Shown here: positions 50,540-59,841 of the stretch, in pieces
Layout: each line of letters starts with the position of its first letter
Position numbering within the stretch: position 1 is the first letter of the stretch
NCBI GenBank assembly: GCA_949156565.1
Contig: CASCZI010000001.1
Location: forward strand, 33,908-97,907
Reading direction: 5' to 3'
From: an uncultured Alphaproteobacteria bacterium
GTDB lineage: Bacteria > Pseudomonadota > Alphaproteobacteria > Rs-D84
DNA length: 64,000 nt
Program-made: the position numbers and the translations under genes
The notes under the pieces: model-generated
What the model was told of the DNA's origin: nothing
Database searches by the model: none
The model's input: only the letters and a program-made list of their open reading frames with translations

Positions 50540-50863
50540 TTAGATATTCATTACTTTTTCAAATTCGGCCAATGTCATTTCATAAATCGGCTTTTGCGTG
50601 GGTGTTGCCAAATCCCGGACCGCATCAAATCCCGCATCAATGCGTTTCATAATGGACGCCGTCGATGCATCAATGGCCACGCCTGATTCCCGCAACCGAC
50701 GTCCATATTCGGCCAAATATTCCAAGATATCGGCGGCATAAAATCGGCCGACATAATTTTCGATGGCGATTCCACCTTTTTGTACACAAATGGCCGCCAT
50801 CACCGTCATGGTTTGGTTATAATAATTAACCATCTTGATATAATTTTGAACCGATATTGCCAT
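50540..50863 (-). CDS. Hypothetical protein
   Basis: AAGGA RBS; 107 aa. Confidence 0.65.
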   Translation of the reverse strand: MAISVQNYIKMVNYYNQTMTVMAAICVQKGGIAIENYVGRFYAADILEYLAEYGRRLRESGVAIDASTASIMKRIDAGFDAVRDLATPTQKPIYEMTLAEFEKVMNI

Positions 50864-50938
50864 TGATCCTTTCCCCGCTTTGCACCCCTATTATAAAAAC
50901 TATTGCCCCCCAAAGGCAATTAAATTATAATGCATAAC

Positions 50939-51319
50939 ATGAGAATAAAATTCATCGCACTTGTTTTGCTCTTATCGGCCTGTTCATCCCCCAATCGCGG
51001 CAGTTTGGATAACGCCACCATTTTGAATTGGGAAAACGAAGCCGTCACGATCGAACAATTTGTTCGTGATCACAAGGCATGTTTGGGAATCACCCAACCA
51101 TCCTATATGCCCCGATCCCGTATTGCAAAATTACTGGCCCCGAATCAAAGTGGCCTGATGCCTGATTGGGATGGATTATGGGTCACATTCCAATCCAATG
51201 AATACCGCGATGTTGGGCAAAGATCCTTGCTCTCGGTGCCACGCAATGCCACATCCCGGACGGTCGGTGCCTATCGCCGGTGCATGTTCCGGCGCGGCTA
51301 TCTCTTGCGGGCGATGTAA
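50939..51319 (+). CDS. Lipoprotein
   Basis: Lipobox LSAC; D..AC and Y..CM..RGY pattern. Confidence 0.7.
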   Translation: MRIKFIALVLLLSACSSPNRGSLDNATILNWENEAVTIEQFVRDHKACLGITQPSYMPRSRIAKLLAPNQSGLMPDWDGLWVTFQSNEYRDVGQRSLLSVPRNATSRTVGAYRRCMFRRGYLLRAM

Positions 51320-51370
51320 TTTTTTCATCACCGGCTTTATTCCCCCTGCTTTTTGTGATATAATGGGGAT

Positions 51371-52057
51371 ATGAAGAAATCAATCTGGTTTTGGCTGTGC
51401 TTTATAACTGCGATCATCCTGGGGGTGTATTTCGCCACACGCATTATTATGATTACATCGGGTCGGGGGCGATTGGCCACCATCCGTCATATATCCATCA
51501 CGACCGATCAACCGAATCAGGATATGGCCCCATTGGCCGCGGCACTGGGGGTGCCCCCCGGATCCCGATCATACGCCACGCGATTGACGGCGGTGAATGA
51601 CCGTATTGGCGCGGTGCCCGGCGTTCGAACATCGGCGGTACGACGCTTGGCCAATGGCAATCTGGGGGTGCACGTCCAAATACATGAAACAATCGCCTTG
51701 TGGACGGATGACGGGGAAATATTTTTCCCACTATCGGCGGACGGCACCATTATCCAAACCCCGCGGCGGACACGCACGCCGGGTGCCATTGTGTTCCGGG
51801 GACCGGTACCCAATGATATTGGGGACATCGCCCGGGTGGCGGGACATTTGGGCAAGGATCTGGATTATATGGAATGGATTGAAAACCGACGCTTTAACAT
51901 CCATACCACCGGGGGGGTGACCATCCTCTTGCCCCAGGTAAATCCAGACGCCGCCATCGGGTCATTGATGGTATTGAACAAGAAAAATGGGATTTTATCA
52001 AAAAAAATACGCATCATTGACATGCGTGACGCGGCGCGCATTTTAATCAAAGAATAG
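51371..52057 (+). CDS. ftsQ: Cell division protein FtsQ
   Basis: N-terminal TM, POTRA-like V..SAVRR, C-terminal IDMR; precedes ftsA. Confidence 0.8.
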   Translation: MKKSIWFWLCFITAIILGVYFATRIIMITSGRGRLATIRHISITTDQPNQDMAPLAAALGVPPGSRSYATRLTAVNDRIGAVPGVRTSAVRRLANGNLGVHVQIHETIALWTDDGEIFFPLSADGTIIQTPRRTRTPGAIVFRGPVPNDIGDIARVAGHLGKDLDYMEWIENRRFNIHTTGGVTILLPQVNPDAAIGSLMVLNKKNGILSKKIRIIDMRDAARILIKE

Positions 52058-52071
52058 CAAGGCCGAATCAA

Positions 52072-53847
52072 ATGGCGATAAATTTATATAATTCATGCTT
52101 TTTATGCCTGGACATTGGGACCGCCGTTGTTCGTGGTATGGCCCATCGGGTGCGTGGGGCACGTATTGTTAAATCTGCGGTGGCGATGGCCGATTGTGAT
52201 AACGATGACCCCGCACGGGCCGTTGCGACAGTTGTTGATGATCTGGAACATCAATTGGGGGCCCGCCTGAATGGGGCCTTTGTGACAGGTAATATGGGCG
52301 ATATGGTATTTGATGTGGCGGCCACACGGGCCACATGGCGCACGCCCCATAAAATCAGTGTCGGTGACATGCGTGCCCAAATTGCCCAAATTTCATTACC
52401 AGATGGATTTCATCCTATGCACATCATTCCATTGCGTTATGATGCACCGGCGGCACGCAATTTACCAACCCCCATTGGGCATACCGATATGGGGTTAATT
52501 GGTCTGTTTGGGGTCATGGCATATCGCGATGACGTTATATCCCGTTTTTTAGGAATCCTGCGGCGTGCCCATCTTCAGGTGGCGGGTCTGTTTGATCCGA
52601 TGTATCTGTTGGGGGCAACCCGTGGGCGCAATACGGTTATGTATATTGATATGGGCGCACAGTATACGTCGGCATCAATCTGGACACAACGAGGGCCGGT
52701 ATGGATGATTAAAATTCCCCGGGGGACACACGAAATAACACAATCGATTGCCGATACGTTTGACATTTCTCTGACTGATGCCGCACGCATCTTTGCCGGG
52801 ATCGGCGCCGTCATGACAGAAATGGATCGATTTACACCGGCCGACCCATTGTTCGATTTTTCCCGCGCCGATGCGTGCGATGTCACATGCCCGTTGTTAA
52901 ATGAGATTATTGATACATTATCCGCGGCCGCCCAACCGGCCACAGAAAAATATAAACCCACCCAAATCTTTATCACCGGCGGGGGGGCTGTTTTGGGATC
53001 TATGGCGGAATTTATCACCCAGAAAATGGGCATCGCCGCCCAAATATTGGGTGCCGATGCGGTATTGCGGGCATTGTCTGATACCATTTGGGCGATCCAG
53101 GCACCACGCATCGCCGCCTTTAATCGCCGCCGGGATGGGCATCAACGCCTTTGGCGGCGATTAACGACACCATTTCGCCGCCGCCGCGTCACCCCACGTC
53201 CCATCCCCATTTTACCCAGTACGTTGGCATTCAACATGCGCGATGATACGACATACACCCTGTTTCGGGCGGCGGGAATATCTATGATTCATGTCGATAT
53301 TATGGATGGATTTTTTGTGGGCCGTGTCGCGGGTGGCATTGATGAATTAAAATATATCCGCGCCCATACAACCGCCCATTTATCGGTACATTTAATGACG
53401 GAAAGTCCCTTGTACTGGGCATCAGATGCGATCGCGGCCGGCGCCGACACCATTATTGTATCGGCGGGCACGGCCGGGTTACGATCGGCCGTGGCCGAGA
53501 TTAAGCGGCGCGGCAAACGCGTGGGCGTGGCCATTTCACCCGATTCACCATTGGGTATATTACGTGACATATTGCGCGAAATCGATGTTGTGTTGGTTAT
53601 GTCGGTACGTCCCGGTGCCGGCGGCCAAGAATTTATTCCAACCGCGGTACGGCGGATCGCCGCATTGGTGCAAACACGTCGTAAATATGGATTACATTTT
53701 GAAATATCGGTCGATGGCGGCATTAATGATAAAACAGCCCCATTATGTTGGGCGGCCGGCGCCGATACCCTGGTTGCGGGATCATATTTGGCCCGTGCAT
53801 CGGATTTTCCGTTGGCGGTACGCCATCTGATGCCGCGTGGGGAATGA
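52072..53847 (+). CDS. FtsA-like domain fused to ribulose-phosphate 3-epimerase
   Basis: FtsA: LDIGT, IDMGA, ITGGGA. Rpe: HVDIMDG, VHLM, VMSVRPGAGGQ, VDGGIN, GAD.LVAGS. One continuous ORF. Confidence 0.85.
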   Translation: MAINLYNSCFLCLDIGTAVVRGMAHRVRGARIVKSAVAMADCDNDDPARAVATVVDDLEHQLGARLNGAFVTGNMGDMVFDVAATRATWRTPHKISVGDMRAQIAQISLPDGFHPMHIIPLRYDAPAARNLPTPIGHTDMGLIGLFGVMAYRDDVISRFLGILRRAHLQVAGLFDPMYLLGATRGRNTVMYIDMGAQYTSASIWTQRGPVWMIKIPRGTHEITQSIADTFDISLTDAARIFAGIGAVMTEMDRFTPADPLFDFSRADACDVTCPLLNEIIDTLSAAAQPATEKYKPTQIFITGGGAVLGSMAEFITQKMGIAAQILGADAVLRALSDTIWAIQAPRIAAFNRRRDGHQRLWRRLTTPFRRRRVTPRPIPILPSTLAFNMRDDTTYTLFRAAGISMIHVDIMDGFFVGRVAGGIDELKYIRAHTTAHLSVHLMTESPLYWASDAIAAGADTIIVSAGTAGLRSAVAEIKRRGKRVGVAISPDSPLGILRDILREIDVVLVMSVRPGAGGQEFIPTAVRRIAALVQTRRKYGLHFEISVDGGINDKTAPLCWAAGADTLVAGSYLARASDFPLAVRHLMPRGE

Positions 53848-53848
53848 T

Positions 53849-53874
53849 AAAACCCCGGGGAAAGCCGGGGTTTT
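53849..53874. terminator. Bidirectional terminator
   Basis: AAAACCCCGG-ggaaag-CCGGGGTTTT. Confidence 0.75.
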
Positions 53875-53964
53875 CGTGGGGTCATATGAATACCCATTTC
53901 ACTGTTGTATCCACAATGAACTATGACGCCAAAAACCGCCCTTGGCAACAGGCGTCTATTCCCA

Positions 53965-54723
53965 TTATGGCACCAGATGGTATACCGTGTCCGACATGCG
54001 GATATTAATGGCACCGGTCGCGGTCCCCGGCGCCATATTGCCGTAACAAACCCGATCCCCAACGCGTACATGCACGGCCGGACTTGTCGTCCGCACCGCC
54101 CACAGGGGGACCACCGCATCCCCTGCACGCAGGCTGGTTATCCCGGCACCACAAACCCCGATACATTCATCCACCGACGCGGCCGTGGTGGTGCGCGTCG
54201 ATGTCCCGGCCGGACAAGATCCGCGCCGGATATCATCGGCCCCGGAATAATATCCGTAACCCACCGGAAAACACTTTGGATTGTTTACCATCGCCGCATG
54301 CGACCAATCCCAATAGTTGCCGTTTTCATTGCAATTGACACACCACGTGCCGGCGGGGCAATCATACACCGATATCATACAGTGGGTGGCGCTATTTGTT
54401 TCGATATACCCAGCCCCATCATACCCACAAGAAAAAATAAACGTTCCATAATTCCAATGGGCACGGCAACCCGCAACAGATCGATGGATACCATCCTCTG
54501 ACCAATAACTATATCCTGTCAAATGTTGGGCATCATAATCAGTCGACGGACAATAATGAATGGTATCATCCCCCGGACAGTAAAAGCCCCCCTCGTCCCA
54601 ATTACAGACCGTACACACCCCGTTGTTCAGATAATAGCCGGGATCGCATGTTGCGGCACGCACCGACGTGGTGATCAGAATAGCCACCATCAGCGCGCAA
54701 AACCCGACGGTTTTTTTAGGCAT
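53965..54723 (-). CDS. Cys-rich secreted protein with shared C-terminal module (locus D)
   Basis: Signal peptide MPKKTVGFCALMVAILITTSVRA; CDPGYY, GFYCPG, CPAGT repeats; ends TSPAVHVRVGDRVCYGNM...INIRMSDTVYHL. Confidence 0.8.
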   Translation of the reverse strand: MPKKTVGFCALMVAILITTSVRAATCDPGYYLNNGVCTVCNWDEGGFYCPGDDTIHYCPSTDYDAQHLTGYSYWSEDGIHRSVAGCRAHWNYGTFIFSCGYDGAGYIETNSATHCMISVYDCPAGTWCVNCNENGNYWDWSHAAMVNNPKCFPVGYGYYSGADDIRRGSCPAGTSTRTTTAASVDECIGVCGAGITSLRAGDAVVPLWAVRTTSPAVHVRVGDRVCYGNMAPGTATGAINIRMSDTVYHLVP

Positions 54724-54862
54724 AGTTGGGGGGAAAATTTGTCGCAGAAATCTGGGATTTTTTGTTTGTCTGAGACCGCTCAAAAAAACGTCCCTTTGGA
54801 TTAGGCATAGTCAAATCACGCCCAACCCCAGGAATTATACCCATTTGCACGATTTTTTACAA
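54716..54862 (-). promoter_or_regulatory. Cassette leader D: promoter, direct repeats, uORF
   Basis: TTGTAA(54857-62)-17-TATAAT(54834-39); ACTATGCCTAA at 54801-54811 and 54716-54726; 30-aa uORF 54716-54808. Confidence 0.75.
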
Positions 54863-54927
54863 GGGGAAAATTTTGGGGGGGACACGAAACGGGTTCGCCG
54901 CCCCCGGGGCACATGTGTGATCTTAAA

Positions 54928-55328
54928 AAAGACCACCCCGTCCGTATCACCCCCAAAAATTTTCAATTTTTGCGGGGCCCGATTTCGCGCCCACCCCTCC
55001 ACAGGAGGGGAACTTCACTCTGTTCTTTGCGTGGATGTGATCCAAGAGGAGGTACTTATATTCAGGCTTGATCGGGCCAAGTTCTCCTCCTGTGGAGGAG
55101 TACCCCGAAGGGGAGAGGTGGTCTTTACCCGAACTCTGAACACTGCACTCTGAAAACTTGTGGGTGGTCACCCCGACCCCGGGCCCTGCGGAAATTGTTA
55201 AATTTCCGTGGGTGGGTTCCCGGAGGGGAACTTTGCAACGGCGTGGCACGGTGCAACTCCTCCTCCCTCGAGGGAGTACCGGCGTAGCCGGAGAGGTGGT
55301 CTTTACCTGAACCATGCACTCTGAACAC
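54928..55328. repeat. Two tandem REP/REPIN-like palindromic elements with ACTCTGAA flanks
   Basis: Units at ~54928-55126 and ~55168-55304 share GGAGGGGAACTT, CTCCTCC..GGAGTACC and GAGAGGTGGTCTTT-like blocks with 45397-45515. Confidence 0.7.
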
Positions 55329-55405
55329 AAGGACGTAGGGAGATTTATCCCCACCCTTTTGCAGATACCAATGTTAATTCAAAAATGAATAAAGTGGCTG
55401 GGCTT

Positions 55406-55503
55406 TAGTGGTCGTTAAAGGTAAAGTAAACGCGCTGATTATTTTTGTGTATTCTCAGCAACCCAACCATCATAGTTGGCTATTACCTTTTTCCGGGCCA
55501 CTA
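55406..55503 (+). ncRNA. Candidate structured RNA, copy 2
   Basis: TAGTGGTC/GGCCACTA and AAAGGTAA/TTACCTTT stems enclosing two hairpins; 19/20 match to 7852-7871. Confidence 0.4.
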
Positions 55504-55580
55504 CACCCGATGCATCGATCTGATGCATACAATCATTATGGAATATTCACGGAAAATTTTCCAGAATTTTCGTGTTCCAT

Positions 55581-55613
55581 AAAAAAATCCCGGGTATTCC
55601 CGGGATTTTTTTA
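55581..55613. terminator. Bidirectional terminator
   Basis: A7-TCCCGGG-tatt-CCCGGGA-T7. Confidence 0.8.
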
Positions 55614-58600
55614 TTCGATGGCTGTGCTGATCTTATCCATATAACCACCAACTTCATCCCCCCCGATGGTACATGTAATCTTGGACCCAACGGTATTCAT
55701 CCATTCCTGGTACGCCTCTTTTTGTGCCTTGTCCAGGTTGGTATCCTGAATATCCTTGGTCAGACGGTTCGCCACAATCGTCCCAATCCCGGCCGATGCC
55801 ACACCGGCAATAGTTTTACCGGTCCATCCGTTATTTTTCCAACCCCCACTTTTTGCTTCATATGCATCTTCACATACAGTTCGCAGGGCGTTCGCATCCC
55901 GAATGACATCTGCCGCAATATTCGCCGCATTCGTTGACTCTGCTGTAATTTTTCTTAAATCTGCGATTCTTACTTCCACCTCGTCTATTCTTGACGCACC
56001 ATCAGTGATTTCTAATTTCCGCGCCGCATTTAATGCCGCATCCAAAATATCCACCGCATTCGATGCATAAGACACGTTGTCCTTGGTCGCCGTATTCGAT
56101 AACTTTCTTAACTCTACCTTGGCCTTGTCAATCCGATCGGTACACAGATTTTGTTGTTTTTCAAAATTCTTATGGTTGCCGCCACCGGTCAAGACCCCGT
56201 TGCCCTGAATGGCGTCCATCGCGAACAGACCACCGGTCCCACCGGCCAATCCGCCCAGAATCGATGTCCATGTGCGGGTGCGACGTTGACGGGCCTCCAT
56301 ATCATCGGTGGCATCATCCGCGGCCGCCTTGGCCAGTGTTTCTAGCTCTGATGCGGGGATCCAGCTGCCGCAGACAAAGGGTTCACCCACCGGAAAGAAT
56401 GCCGAATTCCAATTCGCATTTTTTAATACTTCGTTCACCTTTGGATCGTTGGAAACTAATTGCACCCGCATACGACAGAACGAACCATACAATTCGTTGC
56501 TGGGGACGATGTCTGTGGCTTTTAGACCCATGACATTATAATCTGTCGGTACCTTTTTGCTTTTTAACTTCACCCATTGGTATGTTGATTCGCCATTTGC
56601 CCCCACCAGACCGCCACTGTTCGACCGCATACACAGGTTTTGTTCCTTGGTCAATTTGGCCTGATATTTCGCCTGGGCTTCTTTTTCAATATCATATACC
56701 AATTCACGGAATACTGTATTTGTTGCCTCGTTTTGTTTCCAAAGTGTACTCGTAATCATACGTGGTTCGATGTATATATTGCCATCACAAATTCCAACCT
56801 CACTCATCTTTGTCTTGGGATTGGTACCGGTACAGAGTAAATTCCCGTTTTCATCTATTGCTTGGCGCATATCCGCACTTAACCCCTGGCTCAAAACACT
56901 CGCACTGCCCGCATCAATCCAGGCGTTACGAATGCTGTTGTTATCACCCCACGTTCCGTCTTTGGTTACCCCACCGATGTTCGCCGTGGCAATCGCCAGA
57001 TGGTCTTTGCAAAACTGATTGTTTTTAACCGTATCCAGACACAGACCCAACACGATCGTATAATCCAAAACCCCGCCAACTTTATTCATGGATTGGTCAA
57101 AATCAGCCGTGCCTGTGTTTGTAAGATTTGACATAATATCATTCCGCATCCGGAAACAGTTTTCATAATCTTCGCCACAATTATCACGGATACAATTCTT
57201 GGCCACATTTTCACATGATGTCCGAATTTTATTAATACCGGCGGTATTATATGCCGTTGACAGTGACGCATTCAAACCTTCAACCGCCCCGATGGGATCA
57301 TCGGACGCACCCGACCCCGTCTTTTTCGGGAACAAGGTATCAAACGCATCTGTCACATTGTATGCATAGGCATATGTCCCATACGACGTTGCATTCAACG
57401 CCGCGTATTGACAGTTGGGATCTGTATTAACCACCGCGGCACAGGCCGACTTAATCTCATCATACGTGTTACCTGTGTTGATTGAACCACCCTTGTCTGC
57501 GCCAAACACCTGGGTATAACATGCGGCCCCGTTTCCCCCGCCACAGGCCGCCATGGCGCATGACCAGATTGTTTCGGTGCACTTCTTTTTCGAATCCGTG
57601 TCAAATTCTTTGACCATGTCGGCGATTTTCAATTTCATGGCGTCATTCATACGCTTGTTATAAAGTTCGTTAAACGTTGTCAATTGTTCAAACGGATCGT
57701 TTAACTGTGACGCCTTAGGATTGGATAATTTCACATCACTGTTGTTGCTCGCACGGGCCGTCATATAGCAGAACTTGTTTGCCCCAACCGTTGATTGACA
57801 CGCATTTGCGATATAGCTACTCACGTCACTGGCGGTAATGGTGTCCTTGGTCGTGGCATCGATCACATCTGTGATGGCCGTGTTGGATCCGGCCCCACTT
57901 TTCAATTTGGCAACCGTATTCGCGGTTTCAACACCCGCCCCGGCCGTACAACGATATGGGTTTGCGGCGCATGCGCCCAAGATACATTGATCCGTCACGC
58001 GATAGCATGTCGCCACCGCATTTGTCGCGGCCAAATCCGCCCCGTCCGAAATCATTTCGCCGATGCGACTTTCACTGCTGGGGGTGACGTTCTTGTCGAT
58101 GGATCCAAATAATTCCTTTACCCCTTCGTTTTGACAACGGGCCAGAATATTGTCACACATCACGCGCTGTTTTTTAAATTCACGATTTGACGTGCACAAT
58201 TCAAAATCCACACCACAGACACTCGTTTGACGCACACATGCGGTGTATCGATTCACACATCCCGTCGTGTCCAGACGGTTATTAATTGCGGCCGCCGTAA
58301 TCATTTGACCCAAAACACTGCCGTCGGTGGGATATGTGTAATCTTTCACTTCGCCATCAACGGTGGATGCCACCTTGGCCAGATCGTTAATAACACTCGT
58401 GCCGAACAGACTGGTGATGCCGTTGGCGGCACACTGGGACAGCGTACTGATACAATTGGGCATTTGGCCATGGAACAAAACACGCGTTGTGCAATCTTCG
58501 AAATCGTCCCCACAATATTCGCGCGCACAATCGAGATAGGCGTCAATGCATTTCGCATTATCCAGCAACGATGATGTTGTCATCGTTCCCGACAACGTCG

Positions 58601-58751
58601 GATTTGTTGAATCCAAATACGTCCGCATGGTCGGCATCCGCGATGCAGAATTACGCATCACACTGGGGCGGGCCGTCGATGTCGCCGCATCCGCCGCACC
58701 GATTACCGCCAAAACCGCCATAAATCCAATTGTTTTTTGCACGAAAAACAT
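55611..58751 (-). CDS. Large Cys-rich secreted protein (1046 aa)
   Basis: GGAG RBS; signal peptide; repeated C-x6-C-x4-6-CG-x-D[FY]E-x-C. Confidence 0.8.
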   Translation of the reverse strand: MFFVQKTIGFMAVLAVIGAADAATSTARPSVMRNSASRMPTMRTYLDSTNPTLSGTMTTSSLLDNAKCIDAYLDCAREYCGDDFEDCTTRVLFHGQMPNCISTLSQCAANGITSLFGTSVINDLAKVASTVDGEVKDYTYPTDGSVLGQMITAAAINNRLDTTGCVNRYTACVRQTSVCGVDFELCTSNREFKKQRVMCDNILARCQNEGVKELFGSIDKNVTPSSESRIGEMISDGADLAATNAVATCYRVTDQCILGACAANPYRCTAGAGVETANTVAKLKSGAGSNTAITDVIDATTKDTITASDVSSYIANACQSTVGANKFCYMTARASNNSDVKLSNPKASQLNDPFEQLTTFNELYNKRMNDAMKLKIADMVKEFDTDSKKKCTETIWSCAMAACGGGNGAACYTQVFGADKGGSINTGNTYDEIKSACAAVVNTDPNCQYAALNATSYGTYAYAYNVTDAFDTLFPKKTGSGASDDPIGAVEGLNASLSTAYNTAGINKIRTSCENVAKNCIRDNCGEDYENCFRMRNDIMSNLTNTGTADFDQSMNKVGGVLDYTIVLGLCLDTVKNNQFCKDHLAIATANIGGVTKDGTWGDNNSIRNAWIDAGSASVLSQGLSADMRQAIDENGNLLCTGTNPKTKMSEVGICDGNIYIEPRMITSTLWKQNEATNTVFRELVYDIEKEAQAKYQAKLTKEQNLCMRSNSGGLVGANGESTYQWVKLKSKKVPTDYNVMGLKATDIVPSNELYGSFCRMRVQLVSNDPKVNEVLKNANWNSAFFPVGEPFVCGSWIPASELETLAKAAADDATDDMEARQRRTRTWTSILGGLAGGTGGLFAMDAIQGNGVLTGGGNHKNFEKQQNLCTDRIDKAKVELRKLSNTATKDNVSYASNAVDILDAALNAARKLEITDGASRIDEVEVRIADLRKITAESTNAANIAADVIRDANALRTVCEDAYEAKSGGWKNNGWTGKTIAGVASAGIGTIVANRLTKDIQDTNLDKAQKEAYQEWMNTVGSKITCTIGGDEVGGYMDKISTAIE

Positions 58752-58878
58752 AGACTCACTCCATTATTAATGTCTTTATTATAACATAATGTGTGGTAGG
58801 GATAAAGGAAATAATTATAAACCGACGGGTAATTTTATCCCCCGGATCGGTATTGAACCCTAAAAAACAACGCGGGAA

Positions 58879-59841
58879 TTAAATCTCGTCTAGAATTGCC
58901 TTTAACTCGGCCATGTCGTCGGGTAAATGTGCCTTAAAATGCATGGGCACACCGGTTGTGGGATGAATAAAATCCAACACCGCCGCATGCAACATTTGCC
59001 CATGGTGTGTTTTCAAAAATTCAAGTAAATCGGCATCCCGCACCGTCCCCAGACGTGCCGATCCACGGCCATAGACCGGATCACATAGCACCGGGAATCC
59101 ATGCGCGGATAAATGAACACGTATTTGATGCGTGCGTCCCGTCATCAACGTACAATGCATCATTGATACACCCGCACGCGTCCATACGTCACCCACCGCG
59201 ACCGATGTATGCGCGTCACGCCCCCCGGTTTTGACCATCGTCATTTTTTGCCGATTACGCGATGAACGGGCAATATTGCCGGTGATATCCGCCTCTGTCC
59301 AATGGGGGATCCCCCATACAAAGGCCACGTATTTCCGTGTCAGATCATGCGTCATAAATGTTCGAACCAATCCACGGTACGCCGCATCTGATTTGGCCAA
59401 AACCATAACCCCACTGGTATCTTTATCCAGACGATGCACCACGCCCGGCCGCGTTGTCCCCCCCAACATGGATAACGATGTGTGGGCCAAGACATTTTGA
59501 ACCAATGTGCCATTCAAATTTCCCGCCGATGGATACATAACAACCCCACGCGGCTTGTTCACGACAATGATATCATCGTCTTCGTATAAAATATCCAGAT
59601 CAAAATCATGACCCACCGATGGACCATTTTGGGGCGCCGCGGACGGGGATGGGATGATAACATCAAAAACATCACCCACCCGCACCCGTTCAGACATGCG
59701 TACCGGTTTGTCCCCACGGGTAACAGAGAAACGCTGAATCTCGCTGCGGGAAAAAGTGGGGATTTTCGATGTTAAAAACCGATCCAGGCGCATGCCTGTA
59801 TCTGTATCATTGACGACAAATGATTGTTTATTTGTTTCCAT
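58879..59841 (-). CDS. rluD: RluA-family pseudouridine synthase (RluD-like)
   Basis: RLDRFL, VNKPRG, RPGVVHRLDKDTSG, TGRTHQIRVH. Confidence 0.9.
   Translation of the reverse strand: METNKQSFVVNDTDTGMRLDRFLTSKIPTFSRSEIQRFSVTRGDKPVRMSERVRVGDVFDVIIPSPSAAPQNGPSVGHDFDLDILYEDDDIIVVNKPRGVVMYPSAGNLNGTLVQNVLAHTSLSMLGGTTRPGVVHRLDKDTSGVMVLAKSDAAYRGLVRTFMTHDLTRKYVAFVWGIPHWTEADITGNIARSSRNRQKMTMVKTGGRDAHTSVAVGDVWTRAGVSMMHCTLMTGRTHQIRVHLSAHGFPVLCDPVYGRGSARLGTVRDADLLEFLKTHHGQMLHAAVLDFIHPTTGVPMHFKAHLPDDMAELKAILDEI

Noticed and set aside
53289-54501. Long antisense ORFs (53289-54128, 53923-54501) and similar shadow ORFs elsewhere
   Set aside because: Overlap well-supported genes on the opposite strand and show no motifs
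29197-54811. ACTATGCCTAATCCAAA repeats as a CRISPR array
   Set aside because: Only 2-3 copies per locus, short repeats, related spacers, overlap with start codons, and no cas genes in the window
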